Below, piece by piece: positions 9,153-18,026 of a stretch of 64,000 nucleotides of DNA (positions are counted from its first letter, which is position 1; each line of letters begins with the position of its first letter). The notes beneath the pieces were generated by a model. It had not been told where the DNA came from. It saw only the letters and a program-made list of their open reading frames with translations, and searched no databases. Source of the stretch: Thermodesulfobacteriota bacterium (GTDB lineage Bacteria > Desulfobacterota > Desulfarculia > JACQYL01); contig CAXXLZ010000002.1 of the NCBI GenBank assembly GCA_963675595.2, positions 3,008,001 through 3,072,000 of the forward strand. The letters run 5' to 3'. A program made the translations under genes and the position numbers.

Positions 9153-11072
9153 TTATTCCGGCTCGGTCACCCGCAGATCGACTTTGATGTGCGATTCCCG
9201 ACCGTCTTCATACTTGATCGTGGTGTCCATCCGGATCAGGTCCGAATTGCCGAAAAGCCCATCGACGATAACTTTGTACCGTTCTTCCACAAAAGCTCTT
9301 CTGAGCTTCCGAGTCCGGGTGAGTTCATCGTCGTCCGGATCAAATTCCTTGTAGAGATTCACGAACCTACGCACTCGCGCCGGTTCGGGAAGGTCCTTGT
9401 TGGCCTCCTGAATCTGCTTGGCCACCAAGCCACAGACTTCCGCCTTTTGAGAAAGCTCCTGATAGGACGTGTAGTTGAGTTTCTTCTCGTCGGCCCATTT
9501 GCCCACCACGTCGTAATCGATGCAGACCACCGCGGCGATGAAGTCCCTCTGGTGTCCCACCACCCACGCATCCTTGACATACGGGCTGAATTTGAGACGG
9601 GTCTCGAGGTATTGCGGAGAAAACAATCGCCCGTCGCTCAGCGTCATGACGTCCTTGCTTCGATCAAAGACCACCAGATGCCCGTCTTCGTCGATAAAGC
9701 CCTTATCCCCGGAATGCAGCCACCCGTTGACCAAGGTTTCGGCGGTGGCCTTATCGTTCTTGTAGTATCCGAGAAAAACCGATGGACTCTTGGACAGGAT
9801 CTCGCCTTCCTCGTTAATATCGACTTCGGTTCCGGGCAAAGGCTTGCCCACCGTGTCGAACTTGATGTCGCCGCTCCTGTGAACCACGCTGATCCCCGCG
9901 ATCTCCGTCTGCCCGTAAATCTGTTTCAGATTTACCCCAAGGGCGTGGAAAAAGCGGAAATGGTCCGGGCCCATGGCGGCCCCTCCGGTATAAGCGTTTC
10001 GAATCCTCGACAACCCGAGGTGATCCCGAAGCTTTTTGAAGACCGTCCAGTAGGCCGCCCAATTAAGAATCTTCCAGTAGAACGGAATGCCTTTCTTCTC
10101 GAAACCCAGGTTGGCCATGCGATATCCGATCTTCATGGCCGTCGCGTAAAACTTGCGTTTGATCCAGGTCGCATCGAGATGCTTCACCTGAACGGTTCGC
10201 GTCATCTGCTCGTACATTCGGGGAGGCGCAAACATCACGTGCGGCCCGATTTCCCGGATGTTCTCCAGGGCGGTGTCCGGTTCCTCCGGAAAATTGATGG
10301 TATAACCCACCTGAAGCCCGCATGAGATGGACATCATCTGTTCACCAATCCACGCAAAAGGAAGATAGGAAACAAAATCATCCGTGGGCCGGCAAGGGTC
10401 CGTCGTCATGAGGGCCTTTCCCATGCTGAGCATGTTGTAATGACTCAGCAGCGCTCCTTTAGGCAGGGCCGTGGTTCCCGAAGTATAGAAAAGAAGAGCC
10501 ACGTCGTCGCCGTGTCCCTCGGCGATGCGTTTCTCAAACAAGCCGGGTTCCTCTTTCTCCAATTCGCGCCCCAGTTCCCTGACCCGATCCAGACCGATAA
10601 GCACCTGTCCGCGGTAGTTCCTCAAACCTTTGGGATCATCCCAGATGATCTTTTCCAGTTTGGGGCAATCGTCCAGGATGGACAACCCCTTGTCCACTTC
10701 CTCCTGTCCCTCGCCCACAAAAAATTTGGTGTCCGAATGGTCGATGATGTACTTCACTTCCTCCATGAGGGAGTCCTGGAAAAGCCAGACCGCGATTCCT
10801 CCGGCACAAAGGGCTCCCATCTCCGTCCAGAGACCTTCGGGACGGTTGTCCCCAATCATGGCCACCTTGTCTCCGGGCTGCAGGCCCAGACTGATCAGGC
10901 CCAGGCTGATCTCTTTGACGCTGTCGTGGTACTCCTTCCAAGTAATCGGTCGCCAGATTCCATACTCCTTCTCCCTCATGGCGACACGATCTTCCCCGAA
11001 ACGTTCGCACTGTTTCAGGAACAGCTGGGGTATGGTCAGGTCGTGTGTGATTTCGACGGGCGTGACGCTCAT
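9153..11072 (-). CDS. Long-chain fatty acid--CoA ligase (AMP-binding)
   Basis: YTSGTTALPKG, YGQTE, WLHSGDKG, ELTRTRKLRR; ATG 11072 after GAGGAG. Confidence 0.9.
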   Translation of the reverse strand: MSVTPVEITHDLTIPQLFLKQCERFGEDRVAMREKEYGIWRPITWKEYHDSVKEISLGLISLGLQPGDKVAMIGDNRPEGLWTEMGALCAGGIAVWLFQDSLMEEVKYIIDHSDTKFFVGEGQEEVDKGLSILDDCPKLEKIIWDDPKGLRNYRGQVLIGLDRVRELGRELEKEEPGLFEKRIAEGHGDDVALLFYTSGTTALPKGALLSHYNMLSMGKALMTTDPCRPTDDFVSYLPFAWIGEQMMSISCGLQVGYTINFPEEPDTALENIREIGPHVMFAPPRMYEQMTRTVQVKHLDATWIKRKFYATAMKIGYRMANLGFEKKGIPFYWKILNWAAYWTVFKKLRDHLGLSRIRNAYTGGAAMGPDHFRFFHALGVNLKQIYGQTEIAGISVVHRSGDIKFDTVGKPLPGTEVDINEEGEILSKSPSVFLGYYKNDKATAETLVNGWLHSGDKGFIDEDGHLVVFDRSKDVMTLSDGRLFSPQYLETRLKFSPYVKDAWVVGHQRDFIAAVVCIDYDVVGKWADEKKLNYTSYQELSQKAEVCGLVAKQIQEANKDLPEPARVRRFVNLYKEFDPDDDELTRTRKLRRAFVEERYKVIVDGLFGNSDLIRMDTTIKYEDGRESHIKVDLRVTEPE

Positions 11073-11073
11073 G

Positions 11074-11895
11074 TTATCTCCTCGTGGCGTAGAGGTCTTC
11101 CTCACCCAGATATGCTTTGATCACTTCGGGATTCGAGGTCACCTCCGCGGGTGTTCCGTCCACAATCACATTTCCGAAATTCAGCACCAACACCCGCTCG
11201 GATATGTCCATGACCACCCCCATGTCATGCTCCACCAAAACACACGTCACCTGCCATCGATCCTCCTCGTTGACGTCCAGTATAAATCGCGCCATGTCCT
11301 CCACTTCTTCCAGATTCAATCCCGCCAGTGGTTCATCGAGAATCAGCAGTTCGGGCTCGAGAGCCAGAGCCCGGCCCAACTCGACCCGTTTCTGAAGACC
11401 ATACGGCAGCATTCCAACCGTCTTGTGCCGAATGCTCTCGATCTCGAGCAGGTCGATGATCTCCTCTTCGATGAAGCGCCGGTGACGAATCTCTTCGCGC
11501 CTCGTCTTGCCCCAGAAAAAGCTTCCGCTGACGACCCCGGACTTCATGTGGATATGACGCCCGAGACGGATGTTGTCCAGCACGGTCATGCCGCTGAACA
11601 GCTCGATCTTCTGAAAAGTCCTGGAGATTCCCATGCGGGCTCTGCGATGAGGACTGACATCGTTTATCCGTGTGCCGGCATAGAAGACATTTCCCCTTTG
11701 CGGCTTGTACAGTCCGTTGATGCAATTCATCATCACCGTTTTTCCGGCGCCGTTGGGACCGATGATCGAGTGGATCTCTCCCTTCCGGACCTTCAAGGAA
11801 ACCCCGACGAGAGCGGCCACTTTGCCGAAGTACATGTGAACGTCTTCAAGTTCGAGAAGTACGTCTCCCGGCTTCAGTCCACTTCGATGGACCAT
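11074..11895 (-). CDS. livG: HAAT ABC transporter ATP-binding protein (LivG-like)
   Basis: GPNGAGKT, SRTFQ, LPYGLQKRVELGRALA, LDEP, VEHDM, VIKAYLG. Confidence 0.9.
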   Translation of the reverse strand: MVHRSGLKPGDVLLELEDVHMYFGKVAALVGVSLKVRKGEIHSIIGPNGAGKTVMMNCINGLYKPQRGNVFYAGTRINDVSPHRRARMGISRTFQKIELFSGMTVLDNIRLGRHIHMKSGVVSGSFFWGKTRREEIRHRRFIEEEIIDLLEIESIRHKTVGMLPYGLQKRVELGRALALEPELLILDEPLAGLNLEEVEDMARFILDVNEEDRWQVTCVLVEHDMGVVMDISERVLVLNFGNVIVDGTPAEVTSNPEVIKAYLGEEDLYATRR

Positions 11896-12511
11896 CGAGT
11901 CAACCTCCCACTACACTGTCCATTCCAAATTCCGGCCGCCGCCGCATCCCCGCGGTTCACCCGCCCGAGCGCCGTCCATTTGCCCGTCCGTTTCGGCTCC
12001 AAGCACGGCTCAATCACTCCCGCGCCGCCCATGTGCCGAATCCGGTCAGAGGACGACGCGGAAAGCCCCGACGACTGAGCGCTCCAAACCCACTACGCCG
12101 ACGGCATGTTCGATTTTCCGATCGTCTTCTATGTTGAATTTACCGCTATTTATAATTGGAACGACACTCCGACCGATGCCCGCGGCGCAAGAACAATCTT
12201 CAGCGCCGAAGCCGCCCGAGTGTCGATAGATGCGAGGATATCGAATTGGCATGTATACTGGAACCTTACGGGGAATCGTCATGGCAGGTTTTTTGGACGC
12301 ATGCGGGACCCGCCGGCTCCTTTATGTTTCGACAAAAAATACAGCACGTTAAGCCACTTACCTCACTTCAAGTCATCATTTATTGTCACGTTCCCCACCC
12401 TTTGTCAAGGCAAAACAAAGTTAGGAACCGCCTCCGCCCATGGACACTCCGGTGCCCCAAATCTCTCCCCGCTCTCCACGGCCGCTGAAATCGCTCCCCC
12501 GTTCCCCCTCC

Positions 12512-13687
12512 CTAAAACCTTGGCGGGAGTTCCTCGGGCATGAGCAACTTCGTCGCACACTTCACGAAATAATCATCCGTCATCCCGGCCATGAAATCAC
12601 ATACCATTTGCCCCTCGGTCGTCGTCTCCCGGTACTCGGGCATCATTTCATCCAGGAAATCCCTGAATATCTCACTCTCCTCCCGTTCCATCGCGATATC
12701 ACTCAGATAAGCGTCGAACAAATGCCGATACAGCACACGAATCTTTTCTTTCTGCGTCTTGATCAGCGGATTCCCGTATATCGCCTTTCGGTTGAAATCC
12801 AAGAGCGCTTCCAGGGCCTCACCCACTTCTTCGCCGAACATCAACCCGGTCCCGCCCAGACTATTCTCCACCAGGTCCTCCACCAGGCGATAGACAATGG
12901 TTCCGTTGGTCGTGCCCAACCGCTCGGATACAATTCCGGGAACTTCTTCCCGATCCACCAGGTTGATCCGAACCCCGTCGGCCAAATCGCGCCCAACATA
13001 AGAAATCACGTCCGCGAGACGCACCACCGTCCCTTCCATGGTACCCGGCACAAGGTCCTCCGCTCCCCCGCTTTCCAGCATCCTCCTGAGATCGACATCG
13101 AACTCTTCGAAGGTTCCTCGCGTCTTCGGCTCCAAGGTTCGATGAAGAATCTCCCCATTGTGGCACAGGATTCCATCCAGCACCTGAAGAGACAGATTGA
13201 GCCCTCCGCCTTTCCGCTCCAGCACTTCCAGACAACGGACGCTCTGAACGTTGTGCAGAAACGGCGGGAGGCCGTGTTCCCGGCACAGGGCATCCAGCAT
13301 GGCCTCCCCGTCATGACCGAAAGGCGGGTGTCCCAGATCATGTCCCAATGCCACCGCCTCGATCAAGTCTTCATTGAGTCTCAGCAGCCGCCCTATATTT
13401 CGTGCAATCCGCGATAGAAGCTGCACATGAAGCACTCGATGGGTAATCAAGTCGTTGCGTATCAAGTAAAAAACCTGGGTCTTATCAATATAGCGCGTGT
13501 AGGCCATGGAATGCAGAATCCGATCCGCGTCCACGGCGAATTCCATTCGGTGCCCCGAGTCCGCAACCGGGTCCGCACTTCTTCGTAACGCCTCCCGACT
13601 GGATACGGCTGCGGGACTCAACCATTGAGCCTCCCTCTCCTCCAAACGCAGGCGGATTTCCCGTTGGCTCACTCCTCTCAAGACCAT
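12512..13687 (-). CDS. dgt: HD-domain dNTP triphosphohydrolase (dGTPase-like)
   Basis: DADRILHS..KTQVF, HRVLH, GHDLGHPPFGHDGE, DFMAGMTD; start uncertain. Confidence 0.8.
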   Translation of the reverse strand: MVLRGVSQREIRLRLEEREAQWLSPAAVSSREALRRSADPVADSGHRMEFAVDADRILHSMAYTRYIDKTQVFYLIRNDLITHRVLHVQLLSRIARNIGRLLRLNEDLIEAVALGHDLGHPPFGHDGEAMLDALCREHGLPPFLHNVQSVRCLEVLERKGGGLNLSLQVLDGILCHNGEILHRTLEPKTRGTFEEFDVDLRRMLESGGAEDLVPGTMEGTVVRLADVISYVGRDLADGVRINLVDREEVPGIVSERLGTTNGTIVYRLVEDLVENSLGGTGLMFGEEVGEALEALLDFNRKAIYGNPLIKTQKEKIRVLYRHLFDAYLSDIAMEREESEIFRDFLDEMMPEYRETTTEGQMVCDFMAGMTDDYFVKCATKLLMPEELPPRF

Positions 13688-13859
13688 CTCCTCGCTCTGT
13701 AAGAATTCAACGGAACCCATCATACCGTCCGGCCGTCCCATTTCAAGAACGAATCCGGGCATCGCCCCATCCAACGTCGCAAAGCGAAACCGGGAATCCT
13801 CACCCGATGAGTATGGATTTCAATCCCGATAGCAGCTCTCCCTTTTCAATATCCGAACG

Positions 13860-13915
13860 TAACCCCTTGAGGTTCCAATAAATACAGATCAATATCTCCT
13901 GGTACGAGACTTGCA
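13860..13915 (+). promoter_or_regulatory. Sigma54 (-24/-12) promoter with upstream IHF-like site
   Basis: TGGTAC-GAGAC-TTGCA at 13900-13915 (consensus TGGCAC-N5-TTGCW, 1 mismatch); TAACCCCTTGA IHF-like sequence at 13860-13870. Confidence 0.6.
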
Positions 13916-13984
13916 TAAAGATATTAACAATTTGATGATCGTGCGCGAACCTAAATCCCCCTTCCAGGTCCGCGACCAAAGGTC

Positions 13985-14062
13985 ATCACCTGAAAAAGCC
14001 AAACCCGCCGCGAGGCGGGGACGGAAAGCCACGGGTCTCCAGCAGACAGCCGGGTTGCCTGG
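13985..14062 (+). ncRNA. Cyclic di-GMP-I (GEMM-I) riboswitch aptamer
   Basis: AAAAGCCAAACCCGCC-GCGA-GGCGGGGACGGAAAGCCACGGGTCT..AGACAGCCGGGTTGCC reproduces the GEMM-I core (AAACC..GNRA..GGGACG.AAAGCC..GGGT..GCC). Confidence 0.9.
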
Positions 14063-14086
14063 ATCAGGTAACCCGGCTATTTTTTT
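14048..14086 (+). terminator. Riboswitch expression-platform terminator
   Basis: 13-bp stem AGCCGGGTTGCCT / AGGTAACCCGGCT (one G-U) followed by ATTTTTTT; the 5' arm is the aptamer 3' strand. Confidence 0.85.
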
Positions 14087-14099
14087 GGAGGAGGGGATC

Positions 14100-14822
14100 A
14101 TGAACCGTACAATGAAATTTCTCGTGCGGGCAGTGGTGTTGTTTGCGGCGGTTCTGGCCGTAGGGGCGCCGGCCTCCGATGCCCACGCAAGCACGATCAA
14201 GTTGGGTTTTACCAAGGGTCTGGACATGGATCTCCGCCTGGACGGAGAAGACTACTCGATTTTGACCGGAGAATTCAGTGTTCAGGGCGACCTGGGGCTC
14301 GGTGCGGCCTACTGCCTCGAGCTCGATGTCCTTGCCATGTTGTACCAGGATTATGAGGTCGACCCGCAAGCCGTCGGTGAAAACCTTTCCGCGGCCGCCT
14401 GGCTTATGTGGCAGTTCGCTCCGGGATTGGGCCGGGAACAACCTTCAGGCTATTCCGGAGCCTATTCGGAAGAAATCGCCGTTTCGGCCGTTCAAATCGC
14501 GGTGTGGGAGATCGTGTACGACGGTTCGCGAAGCTCCGCCGGACTCCTCCAATCGCAACTCGCAAGGGGCCGATTCTTCCTTACGGACCTTTCGGACGAT
14601 CAGGCTTCCGTGGCCGACTTAGCCGCCTACTTCTTGGATCAACTCACCGACTTCGATCCCAATGATTTTCCCGAAGGGGCGGAGTTCTTGGTGGCCGCAA
14701 ATCCGGATCACCAGGACGTCCTCATTCGCACCGAGGTCCCCATTCCGGCGCCCTTCTGGTTGTTGGGATGCGGACTCCTGGTCCTGGTCTCCCGAAGAAA
14801 AGGACTCCTACGGTCCACCTGA
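14100..14822 (+). CDS. PEP-CTERM (VPLPA-CTERM type) exosortase-sorted surface protein
   Basis: ATG 14100 after GGAGGAGG; signal peptide ending AHA; AYCLEL and AVQIAVWEIVYD motifs; C-terminal VPIPAPFWLLGCGLLVLVSRRK sorting signal. Confidence 0.85.
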   Translation: MNRTMKFLVRAVVLFAAVLAVGAPASDAHASTIKLGFTKGLDMDLRLDGEDYSILTGEFSVQGDLGLGAAYCLELDVLAMLYQDYEVDPQAVGENLSAAAWLMWQFAPGLGREQPSGYSGAYSEEIAVSAVQIAVWEIVYDGSRSSAGLLQSQLARGRFFLTDLSDDQASVADLAAYFLDQLTDFDPNDFPEGAEFLVAANPDHQDVLIRTEVPIPAPFWLLGCGLLVLVSRRKGLLRST

Positions 14823-14833
14823 TGGACCGTCTC

Positions 14834-14860
14834 AAGCCCGGGATTCTCCCGGGCTTTTTT
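14834..14860 (+). terminator. Intrinsic terminator
   Basis: AAGCCCGGGA-TTC-TCCCGGGCTT followed by a T tract. Confidence 0.8.
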
Positions 14861-14928
14861 CATCCCGCCCGCCGCCTTCCCTTGGTTATTGGACTTGAAA
14901 AACCTTTCAGAGCCGTTCATAGGGAGGC

Positions 14929-16218
14929 ATGGACCATTCAAACTTGATTCTCTTCGCATTCCTGGCCGTGTACCTGGCCGATACCTGTTTGACCCTGTGG
15001 CTCGATTCTCTGAACGCCCGCCGTCTGAAGCAGTCCGGAAACGGCGTGCCCCAGGGGTTTGAAGACTTCGTCGACGCAGGCACGCTAGCTGAAATGCGGC
15101 ATTATTCCTTGGAAAATCTTCGCTTCGGCACGGTGCGCACGGTCGTCTTCGACGCAGCCTTGCTCGTTCTCTTGCTCTCGGGAGTGCTCCCCCCGATTAC
15201 CCGGCTACTTTCGGGGACCTTCGGACTCGGCCCATTGCCTTCGGGGCTGATTTTCTTTTCCCTCCTCGGCGTCGGGGCGTTTCTTCTTGCTTTGCCGTTC
15301 GACTACCATGACGTGTTCACCATCGAACAGAAGCACGGCTTCAATCGCTCCACGTTGCGTACCTGGATCCAGGACCAGCTGAAGTCCGCGGTGCTTGGAG
15401 CCATCCTCGGACTGCTCCTCATCTTCCTGATCCTTTGGACAATCGAGCGTTTCCCCGTATGGTGGTGGTTATGGGGCTTCATCCTGGTTTCGGCCGTTCA
15501 AATCCTGCTCGTGGTGATTTACCCGGTCCTGATCGCTCCCCTCTTCAACCGGTTCGAACCCTTGAAGGACCGGGAGCTGGAACAACGAATCCGCAGGCTC
15601 ATGGAAGATCGAGGCATTCGGGTCCGGAGTATTCTTCAAATGGACGCGGGCATGCGGAGCGGTCACACCAACGCCTATTTCACCGGCTTAGGTCGAACCA
15701 AGAGAGTCGTGCTTTTCGACACGCTTCTGGAATCCCACACTTCCGATGAAATCCTCGCGGTCCTGGCACATGAGCTGGGACACTATACCCGCCGTCATCT
15801 GCTTTGGCGGATCCTGCTGTTTCAAGCCGGATTACTGGCGGGAATCTATCTGACCTATGTTGCCGTTTCGTCTCCGGCCCTCTACCGCGCTTTCGGTTTC
15901 GACCCGACGCAGACCTACACAGGTCTTTTCCTCATGTGGATCTTCTGGACCAAAGCCGCTTTTTTTCTCACACCCTTTCACTCGGCACTCTCGAGACGCT
16001 TCGAAACCGAAGCCGATGCCTACGCGGCAAGAATACTGGACTCTCCCGACGCCATGATCCGAGCGCTCAAGCGACTTGCCAAAGACAACCTGTCCAATCT
16101 GAATCCGCATCCTCTTTATGTGTTGTTCCATTACTCACATCCCCCACTGGTGGAGAGAGTGCGCACTTTGGAACATCCGTCTTCCTCGAGCACAACGACG
16201 ACGGGCGTCTCGGCATGA
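14929..16218 (+). CDS. M48 family zinc metallopeptidase (Ste24-like)
   Basis: NAYFTG, HELGH (HExxH), ETEAD, HYSHPPL; multiple TM segments. Confidence 0.92.
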   Translation: MDHSNLILFAFLAVYLADTCLTLWLDSLNARRLKQSGNGVPQGFEDFVDAGTLAEMRHYSLENLRFGTVRTVVFDAALLVLLLSGVLPPITRLLSGTFGLGPLPSGLIFFSLLGVGAFLLALPFDYHDVFTIEQKHGFNRSTLRTWIQDQLKSAVLGAILGLLLIFLILWTIERFPVWWWLWGFILVSAVQILLVVIYPVLIAPLFNRFEPLKDRELEQRIRRLMEDRGIRVRSILQMDAGMRSGHTNAYFTGLGRTKRVVLFDTLLESHTSDEILAVLAHELGHYTRRHLLWRILLFQAGLLAGIYLTYVAVSSPALYRAFGFDPTQTYTGLFLMWIFWTKAAFFLTPFHSALSRRFETEADAYAARILDSPDAMIRALKRLAKDNLSNLNPHPLYVLFHYSHPPLVERVRTLEHPSSSSTTTTGVSA

Positions 16219-16375
16219 GACGCCCGCACCTCGTTGCAAACACCCCGAAACCGCGATGCGGTGTGATTTGTCCAAGCGAAAAAGCACGAGGCCCAGGAAA
16301 CGAGTCTCAAAGCTTCGAGAGGAAGTGCGGGGGCGCTTTCACGCAAGGATCCCCCGGTATCCCGAAATTGCCCGG

Positions 16376-17686
16376 CTAGCCGATAGGTCGGCCGTCGCGT
16401 GCGTCCAGCACTCGCTGGGCTTTGCCCTCGGAAGCGGGAATCGATCCTTCCGACAGCAGCTCCACCAGAGGGGTCACCAGAATCTCGTCGCGCAACGATT
16501 CCACCAGCTTCCCTCTCAACCCTTCCTTTTCCTCGGAAGCCAGGGCGTTCGCCTTTTCGGACAGTTCGAGTTGCACATGGATCTGATCCTCCGGCCCCTT
16601 CTTCTCAAGTATGATCCGATAGTTGTTGCCCGACTCCTCGAAGCCCATCAGAACCCGTTCAATCTGCATAGGATAGATGTTCACCCCTTTCACAATGAAC
16701 ATATCGTCGGTTCTGCCCAATATGCGCGAAAGCATTCGGTGGCCCCGGCCGCACGGACAAGGCTCCGGAATCAGGGAAGCCAAGTCTCTAGTCCGATACC
16801 TCAGCAGAGGCATGGCCTCCCTATTCAGAGTGGTCATGACGATCTCTCCCACCTCGCCTTCCGCACAGGGTTCCAGAGACACCGGATCCACGATCTCCAG
16901 GAGATATCGATCCTCCCATAGGTGAAGACCGGTCTTATGAGGACATTCGAAGGCCACCCCCGGTCCGTTCATCTCCGAAAGCCCGTAGGAGTTCACCGCG
17001 AACACCCCGTAGACCTCCTCGATGCGTCGACGCGTCTCTTCCGAATGGGGCTCCGCCCCGATGACGGCGATACGCAAAGATGTATCCTCGCGGGGGTCCA
17101 CCCCCATCTCCTCGAAAGTCTGAATAAGCTTGAGGGCATAGCTCGGAATGATATGAATCACCGTTGTTCCGAAATCCCGCATGAGCGTGATCTGGCGTTT
17201 GCTGTTCCCGGTTCCCGCCGGAATTACCAACGCTCCCAGTTTTTCCGCACCGTAATGCAACCCCAGACCACCCGTGAATAAACCGTATCCGGTCATGTTC
17301 TGAAAAACATCGGACTTACGCATACCGGCCATGTAAAGACATCGCGCCATGGAATCCGCCCAAACCTGCACGTCGTTCCATGTATGGTATACCGCGGTCG
17401 CCGTTCCCGTGGTGCCGGACGATACATGGACCCGAACCAGTTCCTCGTGCGGAACCGCAATCATTCCGTACGGAAAACCCGCACGGAGATCCTCTTTCGT
17501 GGTGAAGGGAAATTTTCGGATGTCGTCAATGGACCGTATATCCTCTTGATCCAGACCTGCCTCTCGAAGCAGTTTCCCGTAAAAGGCGGACTTTTGCGCC
17601 CGCGCGATTTGATCCTTCAAACCGGTTAGCTGCAGGCTCTCAAGGTCGCCTCGTGAAATACATTCCAATTCCTGGTTCCAAAACAT
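16376..17686 (-). CDS. paaK: Phenylacetate--CoA ligase family protein
   Basis: PFTTKEDLR, SSGTTG, GYGLFTGGLG, YGLSEMNGPG, RYRTRD, CPCGR, GRTDDM. Confidence 0.88.
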   Translation of the reverse strand: MFWNQELECISRGDLESLQLTGLKDQIARAQKSAFYGKLLREAGLDQEDIRSIDDIRKFPFTTKEDLRAGFPYGMIAVPHEELVRVHVSSGTTGTATAVYHTWNDVQVWADSMARCLYMAGMRKSDVFQNMTGYGLFTGGLGLHYGAEKLGALVIPAGTGNSKRQITLMRDFGTTVIHIIPSYALKLIQTFEEMGVDPREDTSLRIAVIGAEPHSEETRRRIEEVYGVFAVNSYGLSEMNGPGVAFECPHKTGLHLWEDRYLLEIVDPVSLEPCAEGEVGEIVMTTLNREAMPLLRYRTRDLASLIPEPCPCGRGHRMLSRILGRTDDMFIVKGVNIYPMQIERVLMGFEESGNNYRIILEKKGPEDQIHVQLELSEKANALASEEKEGLRGKLVESLRDEILVTPLVELLSEGSIPASEGKAQRVLDARDGRPIG

Positions 17687-18026
17687 AAGATTGCACCCTA
17701 TGATGATTATATTTTATGATCGTTAAAAGAAGCCCCGGACCAAACTCTAAGGAAGCGAACGTCCCTCTTGTGGCCGAAAGCCGCCCACAAGGCGGACGAA
17801 ATCGCACGGGGCGCGATCCGACCCATTTCACCGACTTGTTCCCGCTGTATGTGACTCTCCAGGGAAGACCATCGACGGAGTCCTGCCGGGGGGGTTACGG
17901 ACGGAAGGGTCTTTAACAAAACGGCTGTATCCGATCAACCAGAATCGAGACTCCTTCCCAATGAACTACGCCGATCCATCGAGCACCGGTTCGCCGATCC
18001 GGTTTTCGCACTCCGGGTGATTCAGC

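Noticed and set aside
11896-12511. ORFs or sRNA in the 600-bp region upstream of the liv operon
   Set aside because: ORFs lack coding features; the TTGACA has only a 15-bp spacer to the best -10 element; no supportable RNA motif.
17961-18026. ATG 17961 in frame with the activator across TGA 18018 (possible selenocysteine or readthrough)
   Set aside because: No SD, no recognisable SECIS hairpin, and the extension has no domain-like sequence.
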